NCBI RefSeq assembly: GCF_006345805.1
Contig: NW_021830014.1
Location: forward strand, 1 to 5,262
Origin: Octopus sinensis
Lineage: Eukaryota
Direction: 5' to 3'
DNA length: 5,262 bases
Of the stretch, positions 1 through 5,262 are shown piece after piece (the first letter of the stretch is position 1; each line of letters opens with the position of its first letter). The notes below the pieces were generated by a model. It did not search any database and was not told where the DNA came from. It saw only the letters and a program-made list of their open reading frames with translations. The position numbers and the translations under genes are program-made.

Positions 1-32
1 TACTATACTACTACTACTACTACTACTACAGC

Positions 33-93
<61 letters not shown>

Positions 94-96
94 GAA
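1..96. repeat. Compound trinucleotide microsatellite (TAC)8-(GCT)8-(GAT)12-(GAA)2
   Basis: Read directly: TAC x8 at 6-29, GCT x8 at 31-54, GAT x12 at 55-90, GAAGAA at 91-96. Confidence 0.97.
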
Positions 97-162
97 AAAT
101 CACCATTATGCATGAAAAATATAGGAATAGAAATATTTTTTCTAATAACACTTCTTACGACT

Positions 163-1048
163 GATAGATAGACATGAATAACGATAGACGAATAGACAGA
201 CAGGTGAATAGACATGAAGAAAGAAAGAGAAAGGCAAATGGATAGCTGGACAGATGAATATAAAGATAGATGTCCCGGTAGACAGATGAACAGATGAACA
301 GGCAGCTGGACAGATGTTCAAATAGACAGATGGACAGATGTAGAGATGGACAGATACACAGATGAACAGGTCGCTGAGCAGATGTCCAAATAGACAGGTG
401 GACAGATTAGAGATGGGCTGATACACAGATGTCTCGGTAGACAGATGAACAGGTGAACAGGCAGCTGGGAAGATGGACAGATGTAGAGATGGACTGATAT
501 CTATCCCGGTAGACAGATGAACAGGTGAACAGGCCGCAAGACAGATGTCCAAATAGACAGATGGACAAATGTAGAGATGGACTGATACACAGATAATGTC
601 CCGGTAGACAGATGAACAGGCCGCTGGTTAGATGTCCAAATAGGCAGATGGACAGATGTAGAGATGGACTGATACACAGATGTCCCAGTAGACAAATGAA
701 CAGGTGAACAGGCCGCTGGGTAGATGCCCAAATAGATAGATGGACAGATTTAGAGATGAACTGATATACAGATGTCCCAATAAACTGATGAACAGGTCGT
801 TGGACAGATGTCCAGACAGACATGTTTTAAAAGACTTTTGAGCAAATAGAGTAATGGACTGACAGGAAGATGCACAGATAGACAGATAGACAAATGAACA
901 GAAAAAGAGGTGATCAGGCAGATGAACATGTTGATAGATGAGCAGAATGAGAATTGAACAGACCGATGAACAGAAAGGTAAACTGTAAGAAATGATGAAC
1001 TTGTAGACGGACAGACAGAAGCACGGAAAAATGGGTGAGCAGATAGAC
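163..1048. repeat. Degenerate purine-rich satellite tract built from GATGAACA/GATGGACA/GATAGACA-like octamers
   Basis: Recurrent GATGAACA, GGTGAACA, GATGGACA and (A/G)ATAGACA words throughout, with strong purine bias on the + strand. The tract is most regular at 269-822. Confidence 0.88.
269..822. repeat. Minisatellite with ~92-bp higher-order unit, about 7 copies (several with deletions)
   Basis: Consensus by eye: GATGTCCC GGTAGACA GATGAACA GGTGAACA GGCCGCTG GACA GATGTCCA AATAGACA GATGGACA GATGTAGA GATGGACT GATACACA. Units: 269-360 (92 bp), 361-427, 428-503, 504-591, 592-678, 679-770 (92 bp), and 771-822 (partial). Confidence 0.9.
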
Positions 1049-1185
1049 CAGGAGTCGGTGAACCGGAGAAAATTACCCGAAGTGGGGTAAAAATGAAATT
1101 TTTGGGGGATATGAGGACTCATTAGACATAAGTAAAATTATCTGAAAATCGTATTCCTTGTTACGACAAATTTTTCTTCTGGGAT

Positions 1186-1382
1186 GAGGAGGCAGTCAAA
1201 AGGTTGCTGCCTTTTCAACAACCTACCTTTGCAAACAAAGATTTTCCACTCTAATGAACATAAAAAGAAAGCAGAGTAATCGATTGGACCCCGAAGACTG
1301 TATCCTAATTGCTCTAGCATCAAAATGCCCCAATTTTGATGTAATTGTAACGAAGATGAAACATCATTTCTCCAAAATCTAA
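1186..1382 (+). pseudogene. Frameshifted hAT transposase C-terminal (hATC dimerization-domain) remnant
   Basis: Frame +1 gives EEAVKRLLP (1186-1212). Restoring one T in the CCTTTTCA run joins it to frame +3: FSTTYLCKQRFSTLMNIKRKQSNRLDPEDCILIALASKCPNFDVIVTKMKHHFSKI, stop TAA at 1380-1382. This fits the LLPFxTTYLCExxFSxLxxIKxKxRNRL...H-x-S C-terminal pattern of Buster/Charlie-type (ZBED5/ZBED8-like) hAT transposases. Confidence 0.85.
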
Positions 1383-1477
1383 AGTGAAAAAGTTTCCAGA
1401 AAAATTCTTTTGTTTCGTAATGAGGATATCAATTTCTTTTATCACATTTGTTTTATATTTTTTATATTTATAATTGT

Positions 1478-1778
1478 GGAGGCACATGGCCTAGTGGTTA
1501 GAGCAGTGGACTCGCAGTCGAGGGATCGCGGGTTCGAATCTCAGACCGGGCGATGTGTGTATTTATGAGCGAAACACTTAAGCACCACGCGACTCCAGCA
1601 GAAGGTAATGGCGAACTGCTGCTGACTCTTTCGCCACAACTTTCTCTCACACTTTCCTCCTGCATTTTGCAGATCACCTGCGACGGACCGGCGTCCCGTC
1701 CAGGTGAGTAACCTATACGCCAAGGAAACCGGGAAACCGGCCCTTATGAGCCAGGCATGGCTCGAGAAGGAAAAAAAA
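1478..1778 (+). mobile_element. Full-length tRNA-derived SINE (family A) nested in the hAT element
   Basis: Pol III A box TGGCCTAGTGG (1487-1497) and B box GGTTCGAATC (1531-1540). 3' hairpin GAGCCA-GGCA-TGGCTC (1748-1763) and A-tail (1771-1778). Perfect 14-bp TSD ATATTTATAATTGT at 1464-1477 and 1779-1792. Confidence 0.92.
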
Positions 1779-1931
1779 ATATTTATAATTGTACTCTCCA
1801 TATAAATAGATTCAATAGACCTTTTGAACTCGAAGAATCTATGATCTTCTTCTTTTCAAATCAAGGGGGGGTGATCAGCATTATTTAAATATATTTTGTG
1901 GTAATTGGTTAAAGCAGTTCCCAGACCCCTA

Positions 1932-2035
1932 AAATAGACAAACGGATGAACAAATGACTAGACAAACAGATAAACAGATACCGACATGAACAGATGAACA
2001 GACAGTCAGATGAACAGGCAAACAAGCAGACGAAT
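1932..2035. repeat. Continuation of the degenerate GATGAACA/GACA satellite on the far side of the hAT insertion
   Basis: AAATAGACA, GATGAACA (several), GATAAACA and CATGAACA words, of the same type as 163-1048. Confidence 0.75.
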
Positions 2036-2401
2036 TCCCGCCTCCATTTATAGATATAACACGGATTATCAGCCATCGTTTATCTACAGACACCTTTGAT
2101 TACTATTCTGTTCTGTTCTGGTGGATCTCCACCGCCATAATTATTCGATACTTTAAAAATAGTTCGGTACTTTTTGGTTATCTCACTACCATTAAAAAAT
2201 TACCATTAAAAAATTGGGTTATCTCTCCACTAAAAAATCGATCTAATGTGGCGACAAGAGATTGGATTAAAAGGGTTAGATTCTTTCGATTCAGTACTTC
2301 AACAAATTGTTGACTTTCGGCCCCCTTAATAGGCATGGTATGATTTGTTATAAAAATGTTATCAGATTCAAAAAGATGTCTGATTTTTCTCAACTGTCAT
2401 G

Positions 2402-2804
2402 TTTACTCTTTTACTTGTTTCAGTCATTTGACTGCGGCCATGCTGGAGCACCGCCTTTAGTCGAGCAAACCGACCACAGGACTTATTCTTTGTAAGCCCA
2501 GTACTTATTCTATCGGTGTCTTTTGCCGAACCGCTAATGTTACGGGGAGGTAAACACACCACTATCGGTTGTCAAGCGATGTTGTGGCGGGTAGGAGACA
2601 AACACAGACACACAAACATATACACACACACATATATATATATACATATATACGGCGAGCTTCTTTCAGTTTCCGTCTACCAAATCCATTCACAAGGATT
2701 TGGTCGGCTCGAGGCTATAGAAGGGCAAAGGTGCCACGCAGTGGGAATGAACTTGGAACCATGTGGTTGGTAAGCAACCTACTTAACACACAGCCACTCT
2801 TGCG

Positions 2805-2807
<3 letters not shown>
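2402..2807 (-). mobile_element. tRNA-derived SINE (family B), copy 1, with internal CA/TA microsatellite
   Basis: On the minus strand: head AGGCGCAAGAGTGGCTGTGTGTTAAG with A-box-like TGGCTGTGTGT (2796-2786) and degenerate B box AGTTCATTCCC (2753-2743). Internal microsatellite at ~2597-2651. Tail GGCGGTGCTCCAGCATGGCCGCAGTCAAATGACTGAAACAAGTAAAAGAGTAAA. Colinear with copy 2 at 3715-4155. Confidence 0.9.
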
Positions 2808-2839
<32 letters not shown>

Positions 2840-3170
2840 CATGTATGTCTACACACACACACACATACATAGATGATAGACAGACATAGATATGTATGTA
2901 TACGTAGTGTGTGTGTATATACACGTTCATATCTATTTGTCTGTCTATCGTCTATATATATATGTGTGCGTGTGTACGTGTATGTGTGGTGTCTATGGGT
3001 GTACGCACACACATATATATAATTACGCACACATATACGTATGCATATACATATACATACATATCATACATATATATATGTATATACACACACACACATA
3101 AACATATATATACACATGCACACACACATGCACACACACACACACACGCACACACACATACACACATATT
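2807..3170. repeat. Mixed (TA)n/(CA)n/(TG)n/TAGA low-complexity microsatellite region
   Basis: (TA)15 at 2807-2836, followed by interspersed CA, TA, TG and CATA runs to ~3170. Confidence 0.93.
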
Positions 3171-3444
3171 CATAGAGGCAGCGACAAAACCAGCCAACCG
3201 ACCTACCAGCCAGCGAACTGATAGCAAGTGTGAGCGGTAGTTAAATATTTGCTAAGAGGTGCAAATATGCCAAGCTATTATTGTTAATAGACAGGAAATA
3301 GTTTGTGTGAGAGGGTGTTGAGTGACTTAGTGTCATGAAATAGGGGTGTAATGTACAGCCAATCAAATACAGGTTCTCTTGTACGTGTCAAGATCATTTA
3401 TTTAACCATTTACCACTAAAAGCTTCTTGGAAAAAAGCAGCACT

Positions 3445-3714
3445 GATCCTTCACATTTCAATCCGTCGTATGTGTGATCCGTCACATGTACGTACGATCC
3501 TTCACATATGCGATACTTCACATTTACAATGATTCCCATCTGCATCCTTCACATCTGCGATCGTTCACATCCGTGATCCTTCCGATTGCTCACATTTAAA
3601 AAAATCCTTCACATTTGCCATCCTTAAATATATGTAATCTTTCAAATATGTGGCCCCTTCACATATGCCACCACTTCACATATATTGCGTCCTTCACAAC
3701 TGCGATCCTTCATA
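3445..3714. repeat. Degenerate ~16-bp minisatellite, consensus GATCCTTCACAT(A/T/C)TGC, ~16 units
   Basis: Examples: GATCCTTCACATATGC (3496-3511), GATACTTCACATTTAC (3512-3527), CATCCTTCACATCTGC (3543-3558), GATCGTTCACATCCGT (3559-3574), AATCCTTCACATTTGC (3603-3618), AATCTTTCAAATATGT (3636-3651). Confidence 0.9.
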
Positions 3715-3918
3715 TACTCTTTTACTCGTTTCAGTCATTTGACTGTGGCCATGCTGGAGCACCGCCTTTAGTCGAACAAATCGACCCCCAGGACTTATTC
3801 CTTGTAAGCCTAGTACTTATTCTATCGGTCTCTTTTGGCGAACCGCTAGGTTACGGAGATGTAAACACACCAGCATCGGTTGTCAAGCGATGTTGAAGAG
3901 ACAAACACAGATACACAA

Positions 3919-3956
<38 letters not shown>

Positions 3957-4155
3957 ACACACATATATATATACATATATATACATATATACGGCGGGCT
4001 TCTTTCAGTTTCTGTCTACCAAATCCACAAACAAGGCTTTGGTCCGCCCGAGGCTATAGTAGAAGACACTTGCCCAAGGTGCCACACAGTGGGAGTGAAC
4101 ACAGAACCATGTGGTTGGTAGACAAGCTACTTACCACACAGCCATTCCTGCACTT
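3715..4155 (-). mobile_element. tRNA-derived SINE (family B), copy 2, with internal CA/TA microsatellite
   Basis: Minus-strand A box TGGCTGTGTGG (4144-4134) and degenerate B box TGTTCACTCCC (4101-4091). Body GGCACCTTGGGCAAGTGTCTTCTACTATAGCC, internal microsatellite at ~3900-3990, and the same 3' tail as copy 1. Roughly 90% identical to copy 1 over the 3' half by eye. Confidence 0.92.
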
Positions 4156-4476
4156 ATATATGTAAGCGCACACACACATATACACACATATGCATCTTTA
4201 TAAACATATACACGTATGTACATAGATACATAAACACATACATACTTATAAACGTACAGACATGCACGTATGTATATGTATAAGTATATATGTAGATATG
4301 TGTGTGCGTGTATTATATATATATATACGTATACACACGCATATGTAACATGCGTACACACACACACACACACACACCACACACACACACAATATATATA
4401 TATATACATAAAGACAGAGAGAGAGAGAGGCAGATATATATATATATATAATAGACAGACAGACAGACAGACAGAC

Positions 4477-4556
<80 letters not shown>
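4156..4556. repeat. Compound microsatellite: mixed CA/TA, then (GA)n, (TA)n, (GACA)6, (GATA)19
   Basis: Read directly: GACA x6 at 4454-4477 and GATA x19 at 4478-4553, with mixed CA/TA/TG runs at 4156-4410. Confidence 0.96.
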
Positions 4557-5005
4557 GCTATTTTTTTTCAGAAGCCAAAAAGGACACGGCTAATTAAAAA
4601 TATACAATTACAAACCATTCATGGAACAGTAAAAATATGTAAGACATTCCAGAAGTTAAGACCGTAACATGTACACTTACGCACTGTTTCGCACGCACAG
4701 CAACACGCATATATGAACACATACGTGCATGTGCAAGCGGTACTTACATATGTGATTACCGAATCGAAGTATGTATATAAGTACGTATGTATACAAGTCT
4801 GTAAGTAAATTTGGAACCTCTTCATCCAAAAGCCCCTTGTTCAACCTAAAAAATCACAAACTAAACGTCTACGAATGACCTGCAATCTGGTTTATTAGTC
4901 CATCAAAGTCTGACCTAGGTAGGCTCAGTCAAAGAATATTAGATAAAATGATTAAGATGATTTCGCGATATTGGACTTTTGGTAAAACACAGATGAAGTT
5001 ATATG

Positions 5006-5110
5006 GATGTATGTAAATGTATGTATACGTACGTACGTACATACATACATACATACATACATACATACATACATACATACATACATACATACATACATAC
5101 ATACATACAT
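5006..5110. repeat. Compound tetranucleotide microsatellite (ATGT)n-(TACG)3-(TACA)18
   Basis: Imperfect ATGT at 5006-5025, TACG x3 at 5026-5037 and TACA x18 at 5038-5109. Confidence 0.96.
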
Positions 5111-5262
5111 GGGTGTAGTGTAATGTCTATGTGTGTGTGCGTTGGATAGTTAATGTCAAAGCACATACGTGTGTGTGTGTGAGAGTCGGTGTGTGTGCAT
5201 GTATTTGTGGCATGTGTAAGTGTAAAATTGACAAACGAGCTCTGGTTGAAGAATAGGTAGTT

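Larger units (their letters stand above)
1049..1931 (+). mobile_element. Non-autonomous (internally deleted) hAT DNA transposon, Buster/Charlie-like; ~568 bp once the nested SINE and one TSD copy are removed
   Basis: Left end CAGGAGTCGGTGAAC (1049-1063) versus reverse complement of right end TAGGGGTCTGGGAAC (1917-1931): 11/15 match. Flanking 8-mers AGATAGAC (1041-1048) and AAATAGAC (1932-1939) match 7/8, with TA at positions 4-5. Subterminal inverted motif AATTACC (1071-1077) / GGTAATT (1900-1906). Contains a hAT transposase C-terminal remnant. Confidence 0.82.

Noticed and set aside
269-822. CRISPR-like or other repeat-spacer array
   Set aside because: The units are tandem with no unique spacers, the context is eukaryotic, and there are no cas genes. 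The same applies to the 16-bp array at 3445-3714.
3-1122. Minus-strand ORFs 3..215, 142..552, 407..823, 501..731 and 628..1122 (poly-S/A/V and repetitive CSPVHLS-type peptides)
   Set aside because: They overlap in all frames across a pyrimidine-rich satellite strand that rarely forms stop codons. Unit lengths (92, 67, 87, 88 bp) do not preserve frame.
1138-1323. Minus-strand 61-aa ORF
   Set aside because: It is the antisense shadow of the + strand hAT transposase remnant.
1478-1550. Functional tRNA gene
   Set aside because: A and B boxes are present, but the acceptor stem cannot pair and the T-stem is partly broken (GCGGG/CTCAG). The sequence continues into a SINE body with an A-tail and TSD.
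2120-2313. Short inverted repeats GGTGGA-TC-TCCACC (2120-2133) and TCAACA-AAT-TGTTGA (2299-2313)
   Set aside because: Six-bp stems are expected by chance in 5 kb and have no supporting context.
3357-3365. CCAAT box AGCCAATCA
   Set aside because: Isolated motif with no supported TSS, CpG island or downstream gene.
2307-4482. ORFs over the SINE copies and CA/TA tracts (e.g. FDCGHAGAPPLVEQ twice; H/T/Y/I/V/C-rich peptides)
   Set aside because: They are translations of SINE tails and microsatellites; the repeated peptide simply reflects the two SINE copies.
4827-5005. Possible Tc1/mariner transposase fragment (QKPLVQPKKSQTKRLRM ... FW*NTDE)
   Set aside because: Only a vague resemblance to KKPLL...RL and WSDE motifs, with wrong spacing, several stops and no TIRs.

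Overview
Eukaryotic, repeat-dense, mostly non-coding DNA. The SINE families and the CA/TA/GATA microsatellite load look like an octopus (cephalopod) genome; this is recognition from memory, not a database result. No intact protein-coding gene is supported, and almost all ORFs in the track are by-products of repeats. The main structure is a three-level nested insertion. A degenerate GATGAACA-type satellite, containing a 92-bp higher-order array, is interrupted by a non-autonomous hAT DNA transposon (1049-1931). That transposon has imperfect 15-bp TIRs, an 8-bp nnnTAnnn TSD and a frameshifted transposase C-terminus that the ORF track misses. It in turn carries a full-length tRNA-derived SINE (1478-1778) with a perfect 14-bp TSD, and this SINE copy contains a complete-looking 31-nt cryptic exon. 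Downstream are two minus-strand copies of a second tRNA-SINE family, a 16-bp minisatellite, several microsatellites and a few weak exon or ORF candidates. I found no evidence of a novel multi-gene system; the interest lies in the transposon and satellite history and in possible exonization.
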